This document shows, one piece after another, positions 47,801 through 61,305 of a DNA stretch of 64,000 nucleotides. The notes below the pieces were generated by a model. That model was not told the origin of the DNA, did not search any database, and saw only the letters and a list, made by a program, of their open reading frames with translations. The DNA comes from Spizellomyces punctatus DAOM BR117 (lineage: Eukaryota), in assembly GCA_000182565.2 (NCBI GenBank), contig KQ257453.1. One strand, 5' to 3'. Numbering within the stretch: the stretch's first letter is position 1; each line of letters starts with the position of its first letter. Both the position numbers and the translations under genes were made by a program.

Positions 47801-50800
47801 AAGACGATTTAATACCTGAAGTAAAGAACGACGTAGTGGAGGTTTCCGATATTCCAAATATCCCAGCAAAGCCAATTGACGAAGAGACTCTCCTCCGATT
47901 AGAGTTGGAAAAACGCAACATTCGCCTGTATAACTGGATGCTCGCCATGCGCGTCGTCCAAGCTGCTTATAAGTCCGCCTCGTCTGTGTCAAAAAACCGG
48001 GACGTGCTCAACGCCGAGAGCACGTTCCGGGACTACTTTGCGCTGTTGCAAGATGGGATTCGTGCGTTATGCAGTCTTGTCGAAATGCCCATTGCTGTTA
48101 TGGATCAGATATGGGACTCGAGGTGTAGAGAAATGGATGCTGCTGTCGCCTATGTGGAGCTGATGCCTCTACACGGAACATTGGCTGATTATAAGGTGGA
48201 AATTGGGAAGTTCATTGTGGAGGAGTCCAATACATTAGCGAGGTTGTCATTGGGAGAAGGTGATCTTTGTGGTTCGGCATTTATTGATTCGTTGTCGAGG
48301 TGAGTGACTGGAGTCAGGTATTCTTGGCCTCCCAACGTTAGTGACCAATGACTTCCTAGGCAAATGCTTTGGTTCCTCGTCCGGTGGATCGAACGTGCGT
48401 CTGCTGAGACACAGGCGGACTCCGTTCTTGACAAGGCCGTGGTCTCCCAAGCTGCTGCAACGGCCTTCCTCACTCTGACGGTCTACTCTATCCGCAAAAG
48501 GAGGTTTACAACCCTTTATTGGCTCGTCGGGTTTTGCGACCGCTTCTTCGATGCTCTTCTCGCCGGCAACATTAATGACCTCAAAGAAATAATATTGGAA
48601 GTTCTCAGTGATCGACCAGTCGGGTCAAATGCGGATGCCGAAGATTCAGAAGCAAATGTTGACAGTGAACCAGATGATGATGATTTTGAAGAAGAATGTG
48701 GAGCTTCAGTGCTATCCCACGGCGATGCCATGTTAGTCGCTGATGCCCTGACGACCACGGTGGCATTACAGCATGTTGGGCTCACCTTTGACGGATATCT
48801 GGCGCAGTTGAGGGATGACGGAACGAGTTCGTCGCGTTCAACGGATGATATCCACGGGTTTCTGTGTGATGCAATATTGCGGCGGTTGAGTCGAATGTTG
48901 TTCACTATGCAAAAGGCAGTCGCGAAGGGGTGGGAAAAGACTGCGATCCGCATTCGTAAGCCTTCACCATTTATGGGCATCATGAAGAGACTCTGACTTT
49001 ACCTCTGCTTGTGTACAGCCAAAGTCCGGAAGTATTTGCAAGATCCAGACGAAAAGCAAATATGGGATTTGCTGGGACGGACAGTCAGCATTGTGAAGAT
49101 GTTGGACTTGATCTTGCAAGGGGGAAAATCGGAGGAAAAGGAAGGTAACATTCAAAAGATAATACCGAGTGAGAACACCGAGGTTGGTTGTCGTTTGTCT
49201 GATAAGGAATTCTTCTACGAGACTTTCTTTGACTAACCTTCTTCTGACTTTAGGGGGGAGAACCAGCAGAACCAAAAACACAGGAGACCCAGCCAGAGTT
49301 GATCTACCGTACCAAAGACATTATACATACATTTGCGTTGAATCCGGTAACTTTCGAGGGTGTCTCCTGTCGCTTCACACCTTATTGACAAATGTGCCTG
49401 TGTTTTCCACCGTGTAGCTCGACCACAACCACATGGCGATTGGGACCCATCGAGGTATACAAGAGATCGATGTCTCAAACGCGTTGAACTTCTTCCTTGT
49501 GAGGCGATCCCGTTTCAATCTTTGCGTATTTTACGTTCTAACTGAAATGATTGTTTCGTACTTCTAGCGAAGAGGAACGTTTACAGATCTCCGTGCATCG
49601 GTTGATGACTTTGAACTGAGGGCCTCAAGGCAACCTCCGGAACATTTCTCTGCACCAAAGTTTGGAGTAACGGGCGCGGTCGAGAAGAAGGGTATTAAGC
49701 GCCAGGATACTCTCACGCGCAATTTGAGCTTCGATTCGATGCAAAAGGCGTTGAAGACAAATATGCACAGTTTGAGGAGAGAGTGTGAGTTCCTCGTGCA
49801 GCCGGGATCTTAAGCGATCGTTTTTTTTTTTTTTTTTTTTTTTTTTTTTGACATCCATACTGATTGTATCGAATTGTTTGTTTTTAGCATCTGCGGCTCT
49901 AGAATTGGATGCTGGGCAGGTATGTCTGCGACATGGGTTGTACCCTCAGTAGGTCAGTTTAATAATTTTTCTTCCGTCTCAGAGAATTGCACATAATGTT
50001 ACTGGGGTCTCCTCGCTTGCGTCACATCCTACTCTCAACTATTGTACGTATTGATAAGGCTTGTCCCAATCTTGATAATTATCCTCATCCACCGTTGTCG
50101 GCCTTAGACCTTGCGGGAATAAGTGAACCCCCAACCACACCCGCTGTGGTCAACCTTTATCAATTCGGACAGCCTAAAGAGCTGGTCACATACACGTCAG
50201 GCACCACTGCCCGCTTCACGCGATGCCGATTCGACCCCTTTGGTTCACGGTTTGGAGCCACTGATACCAAGGGCGATCTCTCTTTGTGGAGATTTGATGC
50301 TAGTGCACAAGCATTATCACCTGCAGCAGTTTTGGCGTGTCATGCTGTAACGAACGATTTTCTTTTTTGGAAGTCGAGTAGTTTGCTAGCTACTGCCGGA
50401 TTTTCTACTAGCCAGATGTGAGTGTCGTGTGATTCACGTGCGCCACCGCAAACAATGGTCGATGAAGCGTTTGACCTATGATTGGTTTCCTCGCTCTTAG
50501 GAATGTGTGTCTTTGGGATTCACTGTTGCCAGCTAACAAGTCGCGAATCAAAGGTATGTTACCATGATAAGCGGCATTGTTCACGACGTAGGTAATAATG
50601 CTGCAAATTCAATTTCAGGCTTTACGGTGGCCGAAGGTGGAGCGTACTCTCTAGCTTACTCTGCTCGACACGAATTGCTGTTTGCGGGAGGGAAGCGAGG
50701 AGATATATGTAAGCCAAGGGATTGGTTTCTCTGGTAGAATCGCTAAGTTAAATTATCTCTCGACAGATGTATTTGACACTCGACAGCGAACGCTATTGGA

Positions 50801-51152
50801 CAACTTCCACGGCCATGAACAAACTGTCAAATCATTGGCAATTGACGATGAAAATAATTGCTTGGTATCGGGCTCCACTGGGGGCGATGTAAAGGTGCGC
50901 AACTCATTACTGAGCTATATTCGAACTATATCGTCTCATATTTGTCTGCGCCAGCTATGGGACCTCCGAACATTCCAACAAACAGAAGCGTGGAACACTG
51001 TCCACCAGCGTTTATCCATTGGAGATCGACAATCGGGCAGCAGCGAGCGAGCAGGGCTAACATATGGTGTGATGCAGATTGAGGTTGTGGAAGATGGAAT
51101 CTACACCTGTGGAGCCGATGGATGTGTGAGGAGGTATAAAACTGGGATTTGA
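41871..51152 (+). CDS. RAV1: RAVE subunit Rav1 / DmX-like (Rabconnectin-3 alpha) WD40 protein, many exons
   Basis: N-terminal WD40 blocks (FSPDGHFFATFG, YLPHARSV). Rav1p_C motifs LDENGVRY, ALGIGFWL, DCSLFYMALKK and WKSAALKNAFALLGKQR. C-terminal WD40 propeller. Confidence 0.92.
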
Positions 51153-51557
51153 GATGTAGAACCTTTCATGTTGGATACGTTTATGGATGAAAATATGCTG
51201 TCACTCATGCATAATGTTGGCATACGTGACTTGTATACGTATGGAAATTAATATGGTGTCATACCGTTCTCTTACGGGCTATTAGACATTGCCTCTTGTT
51301 TTGAGCTCTTAATCGGCTTGCATCACACACAAAAACAACTTGGGTATAGCAGCTTTGTGGGCAGCATATGAGGATCTCAGCCTATTGTATATGCCTTAAC
51401 GTACAACGTCAGCATGTAAATGTAAATGACATGTATTCGATCACTGTTCAACTTGAAACTATTCGATCGCTGGTTTTGATCGACGATAATAAGAGTTTAG
51501 GCCATATGGGCTGTCAATAATTCAAATTGTACTGCTGTTATATCACATATCAAAAAA

Positions 51558-51629
51558 GCCTTCTTAGCATAGTGGTAGTGCGTCTGCCTCGTAAGCAGAA
51601 GGTCGCGTGTTCGATCCACGCAGGAGGCA
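51558..51629 (+). tRNA. tRNA-Thr (CGT)
   Basis: GCCTTCT-TA-GCAT-AGTGGTA-GTGC-G-TCTGC-CT-CGT-AA-GCAGA-AGGTC-GCGTG-TTCGATC-CACGC-AGGAGGC-A cloverleaf. Confidence 0.95.
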
Positions 51630-53205
51630 ATGTAAAATACAAATGGGGCATTTATTTTTTGAGATTTTGTTCCTCAGGCTGCCATCCTCTGATCCTCTGG
51701 CTTTGTTATGCACAATCCGCAATACAGGGGAAATTACCCAACCGACCCATTTGTTCAAATCTAGGCAAGTCATTTTGCGTGCTGTGGAACACCTGTTTTG
51801 GATTGAAGTTGCAGCACTCCAACCATGAGGAGCTATAATATCTGTAAATGGATGATTATCGAAATTCCGGGGGTCGCCAGTCTAGTCCTTTCATACGGTG
51901 TACATGTATTGTAATATGTTACCCATTTCTCAGTGCTTAATGTTAGAAGTAACAAGATTCGTAGTGGAGTTAGGAGGAAGGGTTGCGTCGAAGGTGATGA
52001 TGCGCTCTTAGTGATCTTTTTTGGCGCCGGCACACTATTATCTAACGATACCTTTTGCCGTGCTGTTCATTTGCCTGCACACTGAGGTTTTCACGGTTCA
52101 CTGATAGTCTGACTATGATGTGAGGATGGGATTTCTGTGATTTGGGCTGTACTGGTGATGAAGTTTGGCATGCATGTCCTTTACCGATGTTGGTGGACAT
52201 GTGTGGTTTGTAATTTAGGTTATTTGGCGTGGGCAGAAGTATGTAAAACTTTGACATGAATGTGCCGTCGACAGTCCATCAGCCGGTGCAAGTCGAAACA
52301 GATTGTAAGTTAACGGCAAAAATGGGTTGCGGAGAGGCGTTACCCATCCGTCAAGGTCCTACTTTGAAAAGGAATGCACGTTGGGCACACGGGTTTCCTA
52401 CATGTGTTCTCAAACTGTGAAAGGCACCAAAAGCCGAAACTTGACAACATACCTATATGTCCGTTTTACCGTAAAGTCTTGTAATCCGTCTTACAATCAC
52501 CTCCAGGTTTGGGCGTTGTAAAATAGGCATGGGTTTTGGGCCAAAAGACAATAAAAGAAATGCCAATTCGTATGTTATGCAAGATGGCCAATGCAGCCAA
52601 ACAGGCATGTATGGCAGCTGTTACAGGATTGACGCAGGGTGAGGAAGCACTTCGGTTTACGAGTGCTGCAGTTTGAATCACTATGTACCAACCCCTTTCA
52701 TAGGTAGTATATTTGTATCTTTTACCGTGCAGCTCAGAAGCCCGGCATGGCATACTTGTGCTTCCGGCAAGGCTGCTTTTACGAACAATCTACTGATATG
52801 TCTGAATAGATTGCCCGAACGTTTGGTTTATCATACTCAACCTTTTTACTCAAAGGAACGCCAGATGAGTTGGAAGACCGTTACTTGTTGTCCCGATGTA
52901 TCAAAAAATCGCAGTAACGCAAGTTGGTGGTCCTCCGATCAAGTTCATTCTGGCTCTAGGGCTGCCCAGAAGACTGAGGATTTGAATTTAATAAAAAGGT
53001 TTGAAACCGAGCAATATGGCGCATAGATATTTCAAATCTGCCCGATCTCCTACTTTTTGGAAATGGTAAAGCAGTATCGCTTTAATGATAACGGTATGAC
53101 ATTATGACATATAGATTGCTAGCTAAAACAACAACAACAACAACAAAAAAAATACAATGGAATTTCCACTCTTTGATGAAACTGAAAATATGTGGGCACT
53201 CCACA

Positions 53206-54153
53206 TCAAGCCTTCTTATTCTTTTCCTGCTCTTGAGCCCTCACGACCAAAACCGGACACGCACAATGATGAACGCAGTAGTCCGAAACAGAGCCCAAAA
53301 ACGTGCTAGAAAGTTTACAAATAAGAAATGAGCATCCGATATCAGTAATCCGGACATGCCAGCAAGAGATGTACCGTTTAATAGCACCCATCCCTCTTGA
53401 TCCAATCACAAATAAATCCGCATGAAGCTCTTTGGTCTTGTACACGAGTTCGTCACGAGGGTCGCCGCGGAGTGCTATAGCTCGGCATTTGGCCTAATAG
53501 AAATAATGAGATGCTGGACAAAAAACGGACAAAATCCGAACAAGAACATTTACCCCAGCTTTAAGAACCTGTGCTCCAAATTGTTTCAATAGCCGATGTG
53601 AAGCAGCCATGTTTTCATCCTCGGTCCGGTCAATCCAATCTAGAACCGGGAGATGCGAATGCGGGTGCGTGGTGGTTATAGTAGGAGCAGTAGAGGGAGG
53701 TGAAGAAGAAGAAGAATCGACATGATCAACTTTCCAAATCTCTTTAAAAGGGGGAAGCCCTTGCAAATCCCCCCTCAAATCCGTACCAAACGCATTCGCA
53801 CCTCCCGTGTCCATATAAACAAGTCCAAATGAGCTCGGTATGTTGACGATATCGCGGACATTGAGGAGGACGACTTGGTCTGTTTTGGGATTGACAATGT
53901 TTTCGAGGGTGTACTTGAAGGCGTATGCGCTGTACTCTGTAAAAAGTGTGAGATCTGGTGTTTGGATAGGTTCGGAGGAGGTGGACATACCAGAATGATC
54001 TAGCGCAATGGCAATAACTCTGGTGTGGGTAGAAGGTTCATGGTCCAAAATTTCTTCATGAACGGGCTCCTTTAATTGAGAGAGCTTTTGTTGTGTTGCT
54101 GCATCTTGCTCTGCGGAAGGTTGCTGGGTCGTCGTCGTCGGTTGTTCAGTCAT
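53206..54153 (-). CDS. Universal stress protein (USP) family
   Basis: RVIAIALDHS, ALRGDPRDEL, VIGSRGMGAIKR and FLGSVSDYCVHHCACPVLVVR across exons. Confidence 0.92.
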
Positions 54154-56014
54154 ATCTTTATTTTGTGCTGCTAGATTCGGAAGGTCTTGCTCGAGGGCGC
54201 TAGTGGTGGTAGTGTCCTTTTTATATTGCTTGATGAACCTGAGGCATGAGCACAGCGATATCACACATGTCAGGGTGAGTCATACCGCGAGCGTGCAGAA
54301 AATGCACGCTGTGGACAGCAGACATACGCAAGAATGTGTCATTTTGCATGGAATAAGCGTTGGGAAGAGCTGGATTAAAAGGCTGGGTTGGGCTGTGGGA
54401 TGATCGGCTCAGCTGTCACCGTCCATGTTGGTAAATTGTTTGCTACATTTTTTAAGCTGTTATCTGGTGTAAACTCTAAAAAGGGAGCGCAAAGGTTGAT
54501 CATCGCGTGCTGTTGTAAGGTTTTGGATAGAGTTGAAGCCAACCTGTCAAACTGTTTGGATGATCTGTCCTCACAATCCTCCACCTGCAACCTCACATCA
54601 CGGCAAGGGAAATCTCTCCCAAGGCTAAATAATCCTTGGAATTTGGCACACCTTTTTTTCCCGGACCGCATCATGTCCATGGACGTGATGATCCCCCGAC
54701 CACCAGACATGATGTCAAATGTGTCCGTCATCTACAAAAAGCTGTCCGCGGGGACTTTGAACAATTCTCTCCAGCCATGAGACCAAAGCTCTAAACGGAA
54801 ATCCGCGGCATTCACCCAGTCGAAAGCATAAACATGCAACGTATATGATCCGTAACCATATTTTTGTCAAATGCGCATGTTGCTCCGGATTTCATCGTTC
54901 CAAATCCCGATCACCAGCAACCGGATGCATCACAGACTAAAATAATCACACAACCCCGCCCGGCACATGAATGAGCGACGACTATCCCCAAAACACAAAC
55001 TCAAACTCCCGCGGGCTTCTGATCCACATGTCATGGTAAACCGGAGGATTAAAAATAAAGGCAATGACCCAATGAAAGACACATGTGGTAATCAAAACAA
55101 AAAACGTCAATGTGTTGACCTTTGCCCGTCAATTCGATGCGGTCAGCCCCTAAACAATGGGCCAGTCGATGAGGGTTTTATTTTGACGTGAAGTCCGAAG
55201 TGTATTTCTCCGCCGATTTTTTTGCACAGCCGGGAGACGGCTGAATTGCTAGTGTGGGGTAGATATGCAGAGAGTACATAAAATGAGTGTACACTCTTGT
55301 CCAGGATTTTGCAACAATTCGCCAACGACTTGACCTTTGTCACAATGGAAATGCAACGATGCAATGCAACACTGAACCCACTCCACTCTTGCCTCGAGGA
55401 CAGTTCACCATCCACTTCCCAGATAACGCTACCATGTGAACCACAGACATTTCACATCTTTGAAGAATATCCAAAAATGGAGCGATCCAATGCTACATCT
55501 ACATTTTTCCACTCAAACCCCAGTTCACCTCTTATCTCATATACATCCATTCTTTCGGATTTTGATACACGACCCGTCCATGCACTTTGTACACTTGCAT
55601 CTAGCAGCCCCGGAAGTGAGATAACGATGGATGGAGGGAGGAAGCCAAGGAGGTTTTGGAAGGTGTTCAAATTTTGGACTCACGATGGATGTTAGTTATG
55701 GAGATCCATCCACCAGGACGGATGGCGTTCTGAGGATGCTTTGGACATATGCGAGCATCTTCATTTGAGATCAAGTTACATAGCAAGTAGATGCCCCGTT
55801 TAGCGCTGCTTCCTAGTAGTAGCATAATATTGCACTGAGCAAAACATCATTGCAAAGTATGCTGGTATTTTTCATATATATATATATATACTTCAACATT
55901 GTTTACAGAAATCCGCAACATCCACCCACAGTGTTTGCGTGGGGACTTGCTTCTTTGTACAAGATAAATACAGACTGCACCAGATCTCTAGGCATTCAAG
56001 CGATTCGTAGATGA

Positions 56015-56823
56015 TTATTGGGCACGGTGACGAAATCGACGGGCGGCCGCGGCGTCCTTTTTGGCTCCCTTCTTGGCTTTGGCAGCAGCCTTCTTGGCAG
56101 CCGCATTCTTGGCCTTTGCGGCCTTCTTGTCGGCACCCTTTGCCTTTTTCCCTTTAGCGTCACCCGCAGCCTTTTTGCCCTTTGCGTCGCCAGCAGCGTC
56201 TTTGCCCTTTGCGGCAGCCGCTCCATCTTCAGCCGTCGCGGCTGCTACTGCTTTAGCCTCCCCAGCGGCATTACCGCCGGCACCACCGTTAACATTGACA
56301 AGGGCACAAGATCCGAATCCGTTTCCATTGCCAGCTTGCTTGATTTGCATGACGCATCCGGTATCGGGGCAATTCAAGTCGGCGGGAACGGTGAATTTAA
56401 CGTCATGGGCTTGCTTTGTCGTGCCCTTGGGTGCTTTCCTATTCTGGCCGGGTGCGTCTTGGGTGATGGCGGCCTTGACATCGAACGATGTGCCCTTTCC
56501 GGTAGTGTCGAATCCGACTTGGACTAAAAGAATAGGGTATTGAGATGAGCAAAAAATACACAAAACACTAGGTGGATTAGAAACAAAAAGAAAGTTGGAT
56601 ACATACGTGGACCTCCACCATCACCGTTCAAGATGAACCATTTGACAGTCGCTTCCTGTCCAGCTTGAAAGTTTCCAGTAGCCTTTGCGGCAGCGAGATC
56701 AGCACCTTTACCACAGTCTGCACCGATTCGGACAAACTTATTAGAAAGGGGCGCAGGTTCTTTGAGCTGGCCGTGCGCGCTGACGAGCGCTGCAGTGGAG
56801 AGAAGTAAAAGAAGCTTGTACAT
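56015..56823 (-). CDS. Secreted Egh16/GAS1-like (DUF3129) protein with Lys/Ala-rich tail
   Basis: Signal peptide then His; NGDGGGP, FDTTGKGTSF, VPADLNC..GCVMQ and GFGSC motifs; one intron at ~56525-56606. Confidence 0.7.
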
Positions 56824-57700
56824 TGTCTTTCTTGTTGTGTAGTCGTGCTCGAGGATACCAAGAAACGGTACTTTGCTGCGAGGTGCCGTGCTCTTATAGG
56901 ATTTAGAATTGGAGCTTCTTGGCGTCTTTTCTCCTCTGCTTATTTCCTGTCCGCGGAAATCCTCCAAACACGAGACTATCATCCTATTAATGATCACATC
57001 TTGCGGGTTTCAGCAATGATGGTGCTGCAAAGCTCTTGGCTAACCACTACTCTTTTACCGCGGAACAAATTGATACAAAGGCACAAAAGACAGGCAGTCA
57101 TCGCTTTCCGCGGTGGATCTGCAACTGCGACAACGTTTTGGACACTACAAGCCATGCAGGATTTGCTCAAAAGCAACAAAAAACCCGTTGAAACGTTCCT
57201 TTTTCCATGTCACTAGCAACCTGTTGCAATAGTAGAAATTTAGAACGCCTTCAATTGTGGTGTTCATTGCAATAGATGAAGTTTCAACTCCAGTTATTAA
57301 ATCACGTGAAAGCAGAATATCACATGAGTACACGTGATTAACGAGCTGACGTCAGAAGTGTGAAAAGTTCGGCGGTTGAACTTTACGCGCTACTTTTTTT
57401 ATTTGGATGGGGATGATCATTTATTTGATGGGCGTTTTTTTGTTTTTTTTTTTTGGATGGGATGGATTGGGGGATGGAGATGACTTCATCGATAGATCGA
57501 TATTCAAAACAATTATTAATATATCAATATTGTCCATCATTCGTCGTAGTTTTCTTGTTTTTATATGCAGGGATTTGGTGTGCACTTGCTGCACCATTTG
57601 CTCTTTTGTGTGTGTGCGTGTGCGCAGTGTGCATGCTTGTGTGTGTGCGTCGTTGTGCGCGTGTGTGTGTGTGTGTAGATTGCAACCTCCTTGATTTACA

Positions 57701-59178
57701 ATGATCAGCGAAACATGGCAAAAGATTGTCATTCCCATTGCTGCAGTGCTCATATCTTGGATCGCTCACACACTCCTCTTTCTCCTCTTGCGCTGGGCTG
57801 CTCGCAAGACGCCTTGGCCATTTGATGATGAGTTGGTCTGTTACAGGTACCTTGTTCAACATGTTTGCTGTTGTTGCGCTTTTTGTGTGCTGTACAAAGT
57901 TTGCTCATGCTCGCTTTGATAGCAAATGGCCGCTCTTTGTCCTGTTTCCAATCATTGCCGTCCTCGTTGCACTTGCAAACATAAGTGTCGATCCAAATAC
58001 CTTTGTCACGGTTCAGAGGATCTTTATCGTCCTGTTGATTGCTGGGATTGGCTATTTGGCTTGTAACATGGTGAGATGTATGTATTCTGCACAAGAAGGA
58101 TGAGGTGGAAAATACTCCAACGGATGGATGGAGCCCAGGCAAAAAAACCGAGTTGCGACGGAAACATGCAACCAAAAAGCAGCTAACCTTGTCTTTGTCT
58201 TGACCAACAGTGGCAGCTTTAACTCTTATCCGCGCAAATAAGGTCGAATCTGAAAACAACCTCCACGCCCGCATCGCTCACACCCAAGTCCAAGTCTTCA
58301 AACGTCTCTGCTATGGCTTCATCGCAGTCATTTGCGCGGCTTGCATCGTCTTCACCTTTCCCGCCGCATGGCAAATCGGAGCGTCTCTCCTTGCCTCAGC
58401 TGGAGTCATGGGCATCATTATTGGTATCGCCGCAAAGCCTATTCTCGAAAACTCTCTATCAAGCTTGATCATTGCCGTCACACGTCCGATTCTTCTTGAT
58501 GATGAAGTCATTATTGATGGAGAATATGGCCGGGTAGAAGCCATTCACTCCATGTATGTTGTCGTCCGGACTTGGGACGCCCGTCGACTCATTATTCCCC
58601 TCTCCCGCATCTTTACCTCAACATTCGAAAACTGGTCCCGTCGCTCCCCCTGGAAAATTGGAACTATATTTATCTACCTTGACCCATCCGTTCCCGTAGA
58701 CGCCCTCCGCACAATCTACATGGACAAGGTCCTTCCCTCCTCGGGTGGACTCTGGGACGGCAAAGTGGCCAATTGCGCTGTGACAGACGTGACATCAGAT
58801 GGATTCCTTCAAATTCGCTTTCTAGCTTCCGCTCAAGACCCATCCAAAGCATTCGATCTCCGGTGTCATGTTCGCGAAAAAGTCGTGGAAGCAGTCCAAC
58901 AGCGCTGGCCATGGGCTCTGATTCGTCATCGTCTTGAAATCTCCACATCCATGCCCAAACATGTACTGAACGACGGAGACCGACTTGATCCATTGATGAA
59001 CCAACCCGTCCGACCACGGCCTCTCTCTGATCAAGCAAGCCTGGAAACTATTCGACAAACGAGCGAAAAAGTTCTTTTCGATGGATTGGCGCGAGGAAAT
59101 TTGGATGATGCTGGCCATCATGATGGCGGACAGTATGACGGTGGCCATCATCAGAACGTTGGTGCCGAACATTCGTAG
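57701..59178 (+). CDS. Small-conductance mechanosensitive channel (MscS family), bacterial-type
   Basis: GASLLASAGVMGIIIGIAAK, RPILLDDEVIIDGEYGRVEAI and VVVRTWDARRLIIPLS...FENWSR; two 5' introns. Confidence 0.9.
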
Positions 59179-60482
59179 TTGCCTTGGACTTTTTTTTAAT
59201 TCCGGGAAAAATGGGCTTGGTTGTGCATGGATCTTGAGGACTATACCTAGAGCGTAGAAACTGTATATTATTATTAACAATGGAGAAAACCACAAACCAT
59301 TCATGACATGCTCTTTTGAATATTTCCTTCCAACCTAGGCATCCATTACGATTGCTCTAACTGTGGTAACTAGCGCCCACCAAGCCGTATCCTACCAGGC
59401 CTTTGCGTCCAAAGCTTGAATGGAGGATGTTCAGATACTTGTAAATCAGAATTATACTGGATGGTGAGGCAAAAAACTACATGATCACCGTAACATAAAA
59501 GTAGACTGCTGTTATCGTCAGAAGGGTAAAGTTCTTCAACACCAAATTGGATTGCCATGTTGAGCGGCGAGGGAACTTAAAGAACAAGACGTTAGAAGGA
59601 AGAGGTTGAGGCAGATCACAGATGTCAAACTAACAGCGGGCTGTTTATAAAAGTGGAAAAGAGCGAATTTTTAACGCTGGTATCTTGTCCATCTTCTCTG
59701 CCCTTCACACACACGCCTATCACGCCGAGCGCTGGAATGCAAGCCATTTCTAGGCATCATGACGGTGGCCGTCATCAGAGCGTTGGTGCCGAGCATTCTA
59801 GGTTCCTAGTGACATGCAAAAAGGAAGCTTCAACGGATGTTTTTTGTTGAGATGATACTTCTCAAGGACAGCAACACCGGTAGCTGCACCCAAGGCAATC
59901 TACTTCTTGCTGGAGAGACATTTCGATTGCAGGACAAACTTCTACCAAATGTGAGTCGATGTAAATAGTTATCTGCCATGACACACTCTACACAGTGAGT
60001 TTTAGATCGGCATAACTCAATAATGGACATGTTGGCCGTCGACGATTTTCCTTGTTACCAAAATATATTTGGTGCATGTATCGATGATATTCTGCGTCAT
60101 ATACAACTTGTATCGATGTATTCAGTGGATAATTGGTTGTTAAGGAGCATATGAAGTACTACAAAAGTCCCGTATAGTTCAAATCAAACACCGCTGTACT
60201 TGTCCGTTGAACACATTCATAGGAGTTATATCATTTCTTGTACTGTGGAGCTATAGCATTAATAGTATGAAGTTTGACTATCTCGCAAAAAAATACGTTC
60301 TGGAACTCCAGCGTTTAGAATGTTCAAGACCTCCACATTTCTGCCCCGTCTCAGATCATTTTATCAAGTTTCTCATTTTCACTAAACGTACCTGATGACG
60401 GCAGAGGCATTCATCTTGGCTGTACGAGTTGCAAAACAGAAACCAAAGGGTTTTGGATGCAGGCCTACATTAGTCTTCGGTG

Positions 60483-61025
60483 CCGCTGATTTGGAACCTT
60501 GCAGCGACATGTTCTTGCAAAACACCGCCAAGTTTTTTTGGTCAATGACCTGGAACACTTCAACGGTTGAGTCGCTCTTCATGGCATGTCTCAACGACGG
60601 TGTGGAGAAGGAGATCATTCAAGACAGGAATCAGGGTTCTAGGATGCAGATAATGAAAGCACACATACGTAATTGTGCTGATCTGCAACCTTGGTGGGAA
60701 TGTACATGTTCCTGCAAAGTGTGCACGAGTGGTCCAGCTCTTGTTCTCAATGACCTGGAACTCTTAATCTTGAGTCGGTGTTCGATTCATGTTTCAATGG
60801 ACGATGTGGAGAAGAAAACGATCCCAGTCAAGACAACAAGCAGGGCGCTGATGCAGATAATGTGGGTATACATCACCGCTGATTTGGAACCTTGGAGGGA
60901 CATGTTCTTGCAAAAACCGGCCTATTTCTTTGGTCAATGACCTGGAACCTCAATCGTGACTCGCTCTTCATGGCATATCTCAATAGAAGGTGTGGAGAAG
61001 AAAGTCAATCCGAGACAACAAGTAT
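60483..61025. repeat. About 195-bp unit repeated three times (copies at ~60484, ~60676, ~60877)
   Basis: gctgat(t/c)tg(g/c)aaccttg...acatgttc.tgcaaa...tcaatgacctggaac...tgtggagaag...agaca recurs; the middle copy is the most diverged. Confidence 0.8.
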
Positions 61026-61305
61026 AGAGTCAAACAAGACCCACCTTTTTCGTTCATTCCCTGTACCATCTTGTTCTCTGCACTGCCTTCGTTGATCCTC
61101 ATGGCATGTTCCAAAACAAGGCCTTTTCTGCCTGAAACCAGCAGGGAATGAAACCAGCAACATTACGCAGATATCCCAACTACACACAGAGCATCTTCCA
61201 TCACCCTCCCACACCAACCATTTAAAAAGGCACCGGGTCCCGATCCATCCCCCTTTTCATCATCACCCATCGTCGAGAACCAACACGGAACAGTTTCAAG
61301 CAACC

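Noticed and set aside
55297-55695. 132-aa ORF
   Set aside because: No recognisable domain or supporting signals.
56018-56543. Plus-strand Ala-rich hydrophobic ORFs
   Set aside because: Antisense shadow of the Lys/Ala-rich Egh16-like gene.
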